Assembly: GCA_038245515.1 (NCBI GenBank)
Contig: JBBRSJ010000009.1
Location: forward strand, 624-64,623
DNA length: 64,000 bases
Direction: 5' to 3'
From: Candidatus Limnocylindrales bacterium
GTDB taxonomy: Bacteria; Chloroflexota; Limnocylindria; Limnocylindrales; CSP1-4
Shown here one piece after another: positions 16,002-24,023 of this stretch. The translations under genes and the position numbers were made by a program. The notes beneath the pieces are model-generated. The model did no database searches and had not been told where the DNA came from. It saw only the letters and a list, made by a program, of their open reading frames with translations. The stretch's first letter is position 1. Each line of letters starts with the position of its first letter.

Positions 16002-16156
16002 CTCGAACGCTGGGCCGCTGCATGTGTCGCCGGCCGGCCTGAGCCGGCAGACTCACGGAGCGGCCGCCAACGACCGTTCACACCGCCCACCAGCCCACCC
16101 TCTCGATCCGCCCTGCCGTCAACGGCAGCCCGTCGTCAACGGAGCACCCACCACCC

Positions 16157-17359
16157 ATGCCACGCACCTACGCCGACCTCCTTCGCGAGGCCCGAGCGCA
16201 GATCCGCGAAGTGTCGCCCCACGAGGTCAGCGCCCAGCCGGAAGGCAGCGCGACCGTCATCGATGTCCGCGAGGACAGCGAGTGGGAGCAGGGCCACCTG
16301 CCGGGCGCCGTCCACATCAGCAAGAGCTACGTCGAGCAGCAGGTCGAGGCCGCCGCGCCGGACCGTGACGCGCCCGTCGTCCTGTACTGCGCCGGCGGCA
16401 TCCGGAGCCTGTTCGCGGCCCAGACGTTGGAGCAGCTCGGCTATACGAACGTCGCCTCGATGAGCGGCGGCTTCCAGGCCTGGAAGTCGGCCGGCCTGCC
16501 GTGGGAGGCGCCGGTCGTCCTCAGCGCCGAGCAGAAGCAGCGCTACAGCCGCCACCTCCTGATCCCCGAGGTCGGGTCGGCCGGCCAGGCCCGCCTGCTC
16601 GGTAGCAAGGCGCTGTTCATCGGCGCCGGCGGTCTCGGTTCCCCGGCGGCTCTCTATCTCGCAGCTGCCGGCGTCGGCACGATCGGCATCGTCGACTTCG
16701 ACGTCGTCGATCTGTCGAACCTGCAGCGGCAGATCCTCCACACGAACGATCGGGTGGGGGAGCGCAAGGTCGAGTCGGCCCGCAAGACGATCAACGCCCT
16801 GAATCCTGACGTCACGGTCATCCCCCACGAGGAGATGCTCGTCGCGGGGAACGTCGACCGGATCATCAACGGTTACGACGTGATCATCGACGGGACCGAC
16901 ACCTTCGAGACCCGCTACCTCCTCAACGACGCCGCGGTCGCGAAGAACATCCCGGTCATCCACGCCTCGGTGTTCCGGTTCGAGGGCCAGCTCACGACCT
17001 TCATCCCGTACGAAGGCCCGTGCTACCGCTGCCTCTACCCGACCCCGCCGCCGCCCGAGCTCGCTCCCGGCTGCTCGGTCGCCGGCGTCCTCGGCGTCGT
17101 GCCCGGGATCATGGGGATGCTCCAGGCCAACGAGGCGCTCAAGGTCCTCCTCGGGATCGGCGACACGCTCAGTGGCCGCCTGCTCCTGTTCGATGCCCTC
17201 GACACGACCTTCACCGAGCTCAGGCTTCGGCGCGACCCGAACTGCCCGGTCTGCTCGACCGAGGCGGTCGCCGCCCGGGCGGAGGGCCGCCCACTTCCGA
17301 TCCCGTCATTCGCGGCGCCCGCCGCCGACGCCCCGTTCGTCCTCGGAGGTCCCGCGTGA
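16157..17359 (+). CDS. Rhodanese-ThiF/MoeB-type E1-like adenylyltransferase/sulfurtransferase (MoeZ-like with reversed domain order)
   Basis: N-terminal rhodanese domain (VIDVREDSEWEQGHLPGAVHI, active-site loop CAGGIRS). Then the E1 fold (RYSRHLLIPEVG, GAGGLGSPAALYLAAAGVG, NLQRQILH) with CYRC and CPVC zinc motifs. Confidence 0.85.
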   Translation: MPRTYADLLREARAQIREVSPHEVSAQPEGSATVIDVREDSEWEQGHLPGAVHISKSYVEQQVEAAAPDRDAPVVLYCAGGIRSLFAAQTLEQLGYTNVASMSGGFQAWKSAGLPWEAPVVLSAEQKQRYSRHLLIPEVGSAGQARLLGSKALFIGAGGLGSPAALYLAAAGVGTIGIVDFDVVDLSNLQRQILHTNDRVGERKVESARKTINALNPDVTVIPHEEMLVAGNVDRIINGYDVIIDGTDTFETRYLLNDAAVAKNIPVIHASVFRFEGQLTTFIPYEGPCYRCLYPTPPPPELAPGCSVAGVLGVVPGIMGMLQANEALKVLLGIGDTLSGRLLLFDALDTTFTELRLRRDPNCPVCSTEAVAARAEGRPLPIPSFAAPAADAPFVLGGPA

Positions 17360-17646
17360 GCGTCGTCAAGATCCCGACCGTCCTTCGTCCCCAGGTCGGG
17401 GGCAGCAAGGAGGTCCAGCTCGCCGGGACGACGGTGGGCGAGGTCGTCGACGCCTTGACGATCCAGTACCCGGGCCTCAAGAGCCAGCTCCTGACCGTTG
17501 ACGGCGACCTCAACCGGTTCGTCAACGTCTACGTCAACGGCCAGGACGTCCGCTACCTCGACGGGCTCGCGACGCCGGTGTCCGAACGCGACGAGGTCCG
17601 CCTCCTGCCGGCGATGGCCGGCGGCGCGGGCGCCGCGCCGGGCTGA
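17356..17646 (+). CDS. cysO: CysO/ThiS/MoaD-family ubiquitin-like sulfur carrier with a C-terminal extension
   Basis: GTGA overlap with the E1 stop. The 96-aa beta-grasp-like sequence ends ...DEVRLLPAMAGG-AGAAPG, so six residues follow the GG motif. Confidence 0.75.
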   Translation: MSVVKIPTVLRPQVGGSKEVQLAGTTVGEVVDALTIQYPGLKSQLLTVDGDLNRFVNVYVNGQDVRYLDGLATPVSERDEVRLLPAMAGGAGAAPG

Positions 17647-17648
17647 CG

Positions 17649-18698
17649 ATGGCGCTGCCGCGGCCGGTCGTCGTGGGACGCCCGGGACCCGGTCCGGCCG
17701 ACGAGGCCGAGCCGCACCAACACCACGCCCACGCCCACGAGGCGCTCGCGCCGCATGGCGGTCGCTACGACTCGATCCTCGACGCCATCGGCCACACGCC
17801 ACTCGTCGAGATCCCGCGGATGTCGCCGAACCCTGCGGTCCGGATCTACGCCAAGCTCGAGATGGTCAACCCGACGGGCTCGGTCAAGGATCGCGTCGCG
17901 AAGTACCTGATCGAGGACCTCGAGGCGCGCGGCCTCCTCGGCGATGACTCGATCATCCTCGAGCCCACGTCGGGCAACACCGGGATCGCCCTTGCGATGA
18001 TCGGCCGGCGGAAGGGGTATCGCGTGGCGCTCGTGATGCCGGACAACGTGACGAACGAACGGCGCCAGATGGCCGCCCTGTTCGGAGCCGAGGTCATCGA
18101 CTCGCCCGGCGCGCTCGGGAGCAACGGGGCGATCGCGCTCGCCAAGCACCTGGTCTCGAAGGATCCACGCTTCGTGATGCCCTACCAGTACGGCAACGAT
18201 GCCAACCCGCGGGCCCACGAGGAGACGACCGGCCCGGAGATCCTCGCCGACTGCCCGGAGATCGACGTGTTCGTCGCCGGGCTCGGGACGAGCGGCACGC
18301 TGATGGGCGTCGGGCGGTACCTGCGGCGGGCCAAGCCGGGCGTCCGGATCGTCGCCGCCGAGCCGCTGCCGGGCGAGCAGGTCCAGGGGCTGCGCTCGCT
18401 CGACGAGGGCTTCGTCCCGGAGATCCTCGACCCATCGATGCTCGACGCCAAGTACCTCGTGAGCAACCAGGACGCGATCGCGGCCCTCCGCGATCTCGTG
18501 GATCGCGAGGGTATCTTCGGCGGCCCGTCGTGCGGGGCCGTGCTTGTGGCGGCCGCCCGCGAGGCGCACCAGATGACGTCGGGAACGATCGTGGCGCTGC
18601 TGCCCGACGGCGGGTGGAAGTACCTGAGCGCGGGCACGTTCACGCGCGACTTCGCCGAGATGGCCGACGACCTCGAGGGCGGCGTCAGCTGGTGGTGA
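17649..18698 (+). CDS. cysM: PLP-dependent cysteine synthase (CysM/CysK family)
   Basis: GHTPLVE, LEMVNPTGSVKDR (PLP lysine), EPTSGNTGIALA, GTSGTLMG. It has a ~35-aa His-rich N-terminal extension. Confidence 0.85.
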   Translation: MALPRPVVVGRPGPGPADEAEPHQHHAHAHEALAPHGGRYDSILDAIGHTPLVEIPRMSPNPAVRIYAKLEMVNPTGSVKDRVAKYLIEDLEARGLLGDDSIILEPTSGNTGIALAMIGRRKGYRVALVMPDNVTNERRQMAALFGAEVIDSPGALGSNGAIALAKHLVSKDPRFVMPYQYGNDANPRAHEETTGPEILADCPEIDVFVAGLGTSGTLMGVGRYLRRAKPGVRIVAAEPLPGEQVQGLRSLDEGFVPEILDPSMLDAKYLVSNQDAIAALRDLVDREGIFGGPSCGAVLVAAAREAHQMTSGTIVALLPDGGWKYLSAGTFTRDFAEMADDLEGGVSWW

Positions 18699-18708
18699 GC
18701 ACACAGCG

Positions 18709-19248
18709 GTGACCACGATTCGGGACGCGATCGAGCCACTCGACGGCGCCCGCGTCCATCTCCGGCCGACGATCGCGGCCGTGGCCGACCGGGACGCCTT
18801 CGCGCGGATCCTCGCCGACCCGACCGTCGCACGGTGGTGGCAGACGCCCGACGTCGATGCCGACGCCGCCGAGCTGCTGGCCGACCCGGAGCTCGCGATA
18901 TGGCTGGTCGAGGAGGCCGGCTCGGTCGTGGGGCTCGTCATGGCCGGGGAGGAGACCGATCCCCAGTACCGCCAGGCCAGCATCGATCTCGCCATCGTCG
19001 CGGCCGGCCAGGGTCGCGGCCTCGGTCGCGACGTGGTCCGGACGGTCGCTCGCTGGCTGATCGAGGCGCGCGGCCACCACCGCCTGACGATCGATCCGTC
19101 GGTCGAGAACGAGCGAGCGATCCGGGCCTATGCCAGCGTCGGCTTCCGGCCGGTCGGCACGCTTCGCGCCTACGAACGGTGGCTCAACGGGACGTGGCAC
19201 GATGGCTTGCTGATGGACCTCCTCGCCGGCGAGCTGATCGAGCCATGA
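18709..19248 (+). CDS. GNAT-family N-acetyltransferase
   Basis: The acetyl-CoA motif A region QGRGLGRDVV, then ENERAIRAYASVGFRPVG. Confidence 0.8.
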   Translation: MTTIRDAIEPLDGARVHLRPTIAAVADRDAFARILADPTVARWWQTPDVDADAAELLADPELAIWLVEEAGSVVGLVMAGEETDPQYRQASIDLAIVAAGQGRGLGRDVVRTVARWLIEARGHHRLTIDPSVENERAIRAYASVGFRPVGTLRAYERWLNGTWHDGLLMDLLAGELIEP

Positions 19249-19718
19249 CCGCCATCGAGCCCGATGCTCCGGTTCCGGCGCATCCGGGCCCGGCCTCGGC
19301 CCACCTGACCGTCGATCTCGTCGAGGCGATCGTGGAGCATGCCCGGGCAGAGGATCCGAACGAGGCCGCCGGGCTTGTGATCGGCGATCGACCTGCCGCG
19401 GCCGGCGGGAGAGCGCTCCGGTTCGAGGCGACCCGCAACCGAGCCGCGTCGCCATACCGATACGAGATCCATCCCGACGACCTGCTTCGATTGACGATCG
19501 AGACCGACGACGCCGACGAGGTCTTCTGGGCGATCGTCCACAGCCACGTTCGTTCGCCCGCCTACCCCAGCGCGACCGATGTCGGCCTGGCCCTCTATCC
19601 CGATGCCCTGTACATCCTCGTCTCGCTGGCCGACGCGGAGCCGGCCCTCGGGGCGTTCCGGATCCTCGACGGCGTGATCCACGCGGTGGAGATCCTCGTC
19701 GGGGCGGGTGACCGATGA
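19245..19718 (+). CDS. mec: JAMM/MPN+ metalloprotease (Mec-like)
   Basis: NEAAGLVIG (E motif) and HSHVRSPAYPSATD (the H-x-H-x7-S-x2-D JAMM motif). ATGA overlap with the GNAT stop. Confidence 0.8.
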   Translation: MTAIEPDAPVPAHPGPASAHLTVDLVEAIVEHARAEDPNEAAGLVIGDRPAAAGGRALRFEATRNRAASPYRYEIHPDDLLRLTIETDDADEVFWAIVHSHVRSPAYPSATDVGLALYPDALYILVSLADAEPALGAFRILDGVIHAVEILVGAGDR

Positions 19719-20245
19719 GCGCCGGCTCGGATCCCGGCCATCGGATGCCGCTCGACGAGCTCGATTCGGCCGGGAACGACCGAGATGGCGATCAGAACGG
19801 ACGGGGCCACGAGGATCGCGAGACGCCCGATGCCTCGCGCGCGATCTGGCTCGTCGCCGGCGCGGTGGCGATTGCCGCAGGCACCGCGCTCGGCTGGGAT
19901 GCGGCGGCGCTCACGGCGGTCGTGACTCCGCCGCTGCTCCTCCGCGCCACGCTCGTCGGGGTCTCCGCGGCGATCGGCGTCCTGCTGCTCCTCAGCGCCG
20001 TGAATCGGCTCGCCGGCGAGGATGATGGCGCCACGCCGCGTGTTCGTGACCGGTCCGGGCGAGACATCGGCGCGATGATCCGGGGCGTCCGGCTGGTGTT
20101 CCTGGCGGTCGCCGCGTTCGCCGCGGCGTCCGGCTGGCTCATCGGGCATCCGCTGCCGCTCGTTGTCGCGCTCGTCATCGCCGGCGTCGACGTCCTCGAG
20201 ACCTCCTTCCTCCTGATCGTCGTCGGCCTGCGCCCGCGCCGCTGA
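19715..20245 (+). CDS. Integral membrane protein of unknown function
   Basis: ATGA overlap with the JAMM stop. An acidic N-terminus is followed by about four hydrophobic helices. Confidence 0.55.
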   Translation: MSAGSDPGHRMPLDELDSAGNDRDGDQNGRGHEDRETPDASRAIWLVAGAVAIAAGTALGWDAAALTAVVTPPLLLRATLVGVSAAIGVLLLLSAVNRLAGEDDGATPRVRDRSGRDIGAMIRGVRLVFLAVAAFAAASGWLIGHPLPLVVALVIAGVDVLETSFLLIVVGLRPRR

Positions 20246-20366
20246 GCTGACCGGCGCGGCCGGCAGCGCCGGGCCGTGTTGCCCGCGGAAACCGGGCATT
20301 GACGTCTTCCCGCGATCGGCCTAGCGTCCCCTCGCGCAGCCGGCGGCGCCCACGACGGTTGCCCGC

Positions 20367-21920
20367 GTGGCAAGGGCGCGTTCGCCGGAGGAGCCCACCG
20401 TGACCGGTTCGAACCAGACCCGTTTCCTGTCCAGTGTCAGGCAGACGCTGGTCGCAGTCGCTGCAGGGGTCGCCTTCATCGGCGCGGTTGCCCTCGTCGG
20501 CGCCACCCAGCCGGCTTCCGACGGCCCAGGCTCCCTCGGCCGGGGTGGACCGAATGCCGCGGCGGACGTGAACCCCGAGGCGGCCGAACAGGCGGACGTC
20601 GCGCAGGAGCGGGCGGAGGCATACGCCCGAGCGAAGGAGCAGGGTACGGCTGGCCAGGCACGGCCCACGGGCGGTGCGGGAGGAGCAGCGGCGGCAGGTT
20701 GGGTCGGCGAGCAGCCGGTCGACACCGTCGCCGATGACTGGGAGCCCGCGATCGCCGCGGACCCGACCTCGGCCTACGTCTACACGCTCGTCACCCGCTA
20801 TGGCGGCAAGCCCTGTCCAGGCAACTGCCCTTCGCCGTTCATCGCCCTCGAGGTCAGCGCCGATGGCGGTGCCACGTGGACGGCCGGCGTGCCGCTGTGC
20901 GCCTGCAAGGGCTCCGGCCAGTTCGACCCGATCATCGAGGTCGCGCCCGGCACCGGCGCGGTCTACGCCGCGTACATGAACGGCTACAACGTCGTCTTCG
21001 TGAAATCGACGAACCACGGCGCGACCTGGTCGGCGCCGGTCCCGGTGTACGGCAACGTCTCCTGGAACGACAAGCCGACGCTCGCGGTCAGCGACAACGG
21101 CGTCGACGTCTACATCTCGTTCAACGGACCGACGGGCGGCGATCCGTGGATGGCCCAGTCGCACAACGCCGGGGCAACCTGGACGCAGACCAAGCTCGTC
21201 GACTCGAACCGCTATTACTTCGACTTCGATTCGGACGTGGCCGCCGACGGGACGGTCTACTTCGCCGAGACATCGCTGCTATACGGCGGCGGCGGAAACA
21301 AGGGCACGACGCCGACCGGGCAGATCGAAGAGCACGTCTTCATCTCCCGAGACCGCGGTGCGACGTGGGAGAACCGGACGATCGCCTCGGTCTGGCCGGG
21401 GATCGCGTGCGTCGCCGCGGGCTGCACGCCCGACTACTACCTCGGACACATCGCCCTGTCGGCCGACGCCGGCGGCAAGCTGGTCGCGCTGTACGACGGC
21501 GCGCCGGCGGCCGGCGGCCTCCAGACGATCGAGGCCCGCCGCTCGGGCGACGGAGGGCGGACGTGGAGCGCGCCCGTGACGCTCTCGACCGTCGGCGAGG
21601 AGGCGGTCACGCCGGCGGTCGAATCGCGCGCCAACGGCGACGTCCGGGCGTGGTACTACCAGACCTCGGGCGGCGGCAACGTCGACGCCTGGAACGTCTG
21701 GTACCGCTCCTCGAGCGATGGCGGCGCCACGTGGACCGCTCCGGTCAGGATCTCCGACGCAGGGGGCGGCGCCGGGTACAAGACCGCGGCGGGCTTCGGC
21801 GAGGTCTACGGCGACTATGGCGAGCTGGCGATCACGAAGGCGGGCAAGTCGATCGCGATTTGGGGCGAGGGCGCCAGCTACACCGGACCCGGCGGGGTCT
21901 GGTTCAACCGCCAGCAGTAG
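20367..21920 (+). CDS. Secreted BNR/Asp-box repeat protein (sialidase/exo-alpha-sialidase-like)
   Basis: N-terminal signal/anchor sequence (LVAVAAGVAFIGAVALVGA). Six Asp-boxes (SADGGATW, STNHGATW, SHNAGATW, SRDRGATW, SGDGGRTW, SSDGGATW). Confidence 0.8.
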   Translation: MARARSPEEPTVTGSNQTRFLSSVRQTLVAVAAGVAFIGAVALVGATQPASDGPGSLGRGGPNAAADVNPEAAEQADVAQERAEAYARAKEQGTAGQARPTGGAGGAAAAGWVGEQPVDTVADDWEPAIAADPTSAYVYTLVTRYGGKPCPGNCPSPFIALEVSADGGATWTAGVPLCACKGSGQFDPIIEVAPGTGAVYAAYMNGYNVVFVKSTNHGATWSAPVPVYGNVSWNDKPTLAVSDNGVDVYISFNGPTGGDPWMAQSHNAGATWTQTKLVDSNRYYFDFDSDVAADGTVYFAETSLLYGGGGNKGTTPTGQIEEHVFISRDRGATWENRTIASVWPGIACVAAGCTPDYYLGHIALSADAGGKLVALYDGAPAAGGLQTIEARRSGDGGRTWSAPVTLSTVGEEAVTPAVESRANGDVRAWYYQTSGGGNVDAWNVWYRSSSDGGATWTAPVRISDAGGGAGYKTAAGFGEVYGDYGELAITKAGKSIAIWGEGASYTGPGGVWFNRQQ

Positions 21921-21960
21921 GGCGGGGCGCCGGCGGCATTCTGCCCGATCGAGACGGTCG

Positions 21961-22854
21961 TCAGCCGGCTGACGGTGCGGTGCTCTCGGAGGCGGGGGCC
22001 AGTGACGGCGTGGGCGCCGGGGTCGACGGGGCGGTCGGGTCCGGCGTAGGCGCGGGCGTCGGCTCCGCGGTCGGGGTCGGGGTCGCCGCCGGCTCGGGCG
22101 TCGGTGTTGCCATCGGTGGCGGCGCGTCCGTGACCGTCGGGGTCGGCGCGTCCGTGACCGTCGGGGTCGGCGTCGCCGTCGGCGTCACCGTGGGGGTGGC
22201 GCCCGGACCACTCGGGGGCCCGGCCGTCGCTCCCGGGGTCGCCCCGGGGGGCGTCGCAGTCGGCGACGCGCCGGGCGGCACGGTCGGCGGCGGCGGCAGT
22301 GTCGGGGCCGGGGCCGGGGCGCCTGCGGGCGCGGTCGTGCCGGTGCTGTTGACGCTCTCGCAGCTCACGTAGACGTCCTTCTTCGAGCCGTAGCAGACAT
22401 CGGTTCCGGATCCGCCATCCAGGCGATCCTTGCCGTTGCCGCCCTCGATGACGTCGGCGTCGCCACCGCCGGACAGGACATCGTCACCCTCGCCGCCGAG
22501 CAGGACATCCTTGCCGTTGCCGCCGACCAGGATGTCATTCCCGGCGCCGCCGACGAGACAGTCCTTGCCGTTGCCGCCCTCGATCGTGTCGTTGCCGCCG
22601 AGACCGAAGATCAGCGCGCCGCCGTTGGCAGCATGGAAGACGTCGTCGCCGGGCGTGCCGACGAGCACCTGGGCGAAGATCATGCCGGCGCACTCGGGCG
22701 GGACGTCCGGCGGCGGGGGCGGCGATGTTTCCTGGAAGACGAAGGTACGAGCGATCCCGATCGCATCCGTGAAGTAGGCAGCGGTCGAGCCGACCCCGAG
22801 CAACGCAATGCCGACGATCGCCAGCAGGAGGCGGCGGACGCGGTTATCCCTCAT
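21961..22854 (-). CDS. Exported protein with a SipW-type signal peptide, RTX-like Ca-binding repeats and a Pro/Thr/Ala-rich tail
   Basis: The N-terminal LLGVGSTAAYFTD motif is the TasA/camelysin class of signal. GGxGxD nonapeptide repeats (GGNDTIEGGNGKDCLVGGAGNDILVGGNGKDVLLGGEGDDVLSGGGDADVIEGGNGKDRLDGGSGTD). Confidence 0.75.
   Translation of the reverse strand: MRDNRVRRLLLAIVGIALLGVGSTAAYFTDAIGIARTFVFQETSPPPPPDVPPECAGMIFAQVLVGTPGDDVFHAANGGALIFGLGGNDTIEGGNGKDCLVGGAGNDILVGGNGKDVLLGGEGDDVLSGGGDADVIEGGNGKDRLDGGSGTDVCYGSKKDVYVSCESVNSTGTTAPAGAPAPAPTLPPPPTVPPGASPTATPPGATPGATAGPPSGPGATPTVTPTATPTPTVTDAPTPTVTDAPPPMATPTPEPAATPTPTAEPTPAPTPDPTAPSTPAPTPSLAPASESTAPSAG
22124..22171. repeat. Perfect 24-bp tandem duplication (2 units) inside the Pro/Thr-rich tail
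   Basis: gcgtccgtgaccgtcggggtcggc occurs twice in tandem. On the minus strand it encodes a duplicated PTPTVTDA. Confidence 0.9.
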
Positions 22855-23362
22855 GGGTCGCCTTGCGGCGCCGGCCGCTTTCTTTCAACTCGAACCAGAT
22901 CGTCCGCAGCTCGCCGATGACGAGGACGCCGCCGGTGCCGAGCAGGAGGAGCAGGAACACGATCGGCTGGTGGAGCAGATGGAGGACGTAGCCGAGGAAC
23001 GGGATCGAGACGACGACGGTGCCATAGACCTGCGCGGCGGACCGTCGCCCGAGGTCGGCCGTGGCGTTGGCGTCGCCCTTGGTCTCGTAGCCGTTCTTGT
23101 CGACCGAGATCACCCGGTGGGTGATCAGCGTGGACTCGCCATCGAGAAAGGCCGTCGGCGTCCCGACAGCCGGCGTCCGCGAGTTGCGGTCGACGACGAC
23201 GATCGAGCCGACGTGGATCGCCGGCTCCATGCTCCCGCCGCGGACGATCAGCACGTCGAACGGCGAGATCCGGGGCAGGGCGAGCAGCAGCACGAAGCCG
23301 AGCAGCAGTGTCCACAGGACCAGCTGCAGCACGCCGAGGACGAGCCGCCGGACGGTGGCCAT
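22844..23362 (-). CDS. sipW: Signal peptidase I, SipW (ER/archaeal) type
   Basis: GGSMEP (catalytic Ser box), ITHRV (His box) and KGDAN. There is a C-terminal TM helix. 11-nt overlap with the downstream RTX-like gene. Confidence 0.85.
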   Translation of the reverse strand: MATVRRLVLGVLQLVLWTLLLGFVLLLALPRISPFDVLIVRGGSMEPAIHVGSIVVVDRNSRTPAVGTPTAFLDGESTLITHRVISVDKNGYETKGDANATADLGRRSAAQVYGTVVVSIPFLGYVLHLLHQPIVFLLLLLGTGGVLVIGELRTIWFELKESGRRRKATHEG

Positions 23363-23432
23363 CAGGATCGGATGGAGGCGAGCCGGCCGGGCGAGATCGC
23401 CCGACCGGTTGCGCGCTCTATTGGGTCGCTAC

Positions 23433-24023
23433 CTAGACCGTTCGGCCTTCGATGACGGTCCTCAACTTCAGGAAGCCACCCTGCAGGTAGTCCTGGTTGC
23501 CGGTGCTGTTCCAGCGGTTCTCGGTCAGCACGTAGAGCCGCTGGCCCGGAGCCAGGGTGACGCCCGTCGGGACGAGACCGGCGATGTGCTCATTGATCGC
23601 CGAGTTCCACGGCCGGATCGTACTGAGGGGGTTGCACAGGTTGTTGGCCTTCTCAGCCTGGACCTCGAAGAAGGTGGCCATGTCCGGATTGCTGTACCCG
23701 GTCACGAACAGCTGGCTCGAGAGCGTCAGGCTGTAGTCGCCCTTGTTCTCGATGACGATGCATTCGATGCCGGACTTGCCCGGGCCGGTCATGATGTCCT
23801 GGGCGGGCGAGTTGAAGTAGACGTTGTCGAGCGTGGCCGCGACGCCGGTGCAGTCGGTGCCGACGCCTCCGCCGCAGAAGCCGAGCTTCAGGTCGGCCGT
23901 GCCGGTCGTGAAGGTGTAGTTGTCCTGGGTGATCGTGTCGGTGAAGTAGGCGCCGGTGGCGAAGACGCCGAGGCCGATGACGGCCGAAATGACGAACAAG
24001 GACGCGAGAATCTTGCGCTTCAT
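23433..24023 (-). CDS. TasA/camelysin-family (peptidase M73-like) secreted protein
   Basis: The ATG at 24023 has a GGAGGG RBS. MKRKILASLFVISAVIGLGVFATGAYFTD is a SipW-dependent signal motif. The upstream part of the track ORF was trimmed. Confidence 0.8.
   Translation of the reverse strand: MKRKILASLFVISAVIGLGVFATGAYFTDTITQDNYTFTTGTADLKLGFCGGGVGTDCTGVAATLDNVYFNSPAQDIMTGPGKSGIECIVIENKGDYSLTLSSQLFVTGYSNPDMATFFEVQAEKANNLCNPLSTIRPWNSAINEHIAGLVPTGVTLAPGQRLYVLTENRWNSTGNQDYLQGGFLKLRTVIEGRTV

Noticed and set aside
15624-20245. Reading the E1, Ubl and JAMM genes as a ubiquitin-like conjugation or anti-phage (Bil-type) system.
   Set aside because: No E2-like gene is present. The Ubl gene is immediately followed by a CysM-type cysteine synthase gene, and the set matches the known Mec-CysO-CysM metabolic pathway. 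Conjugation is kept only as a minor alternative in the finding.
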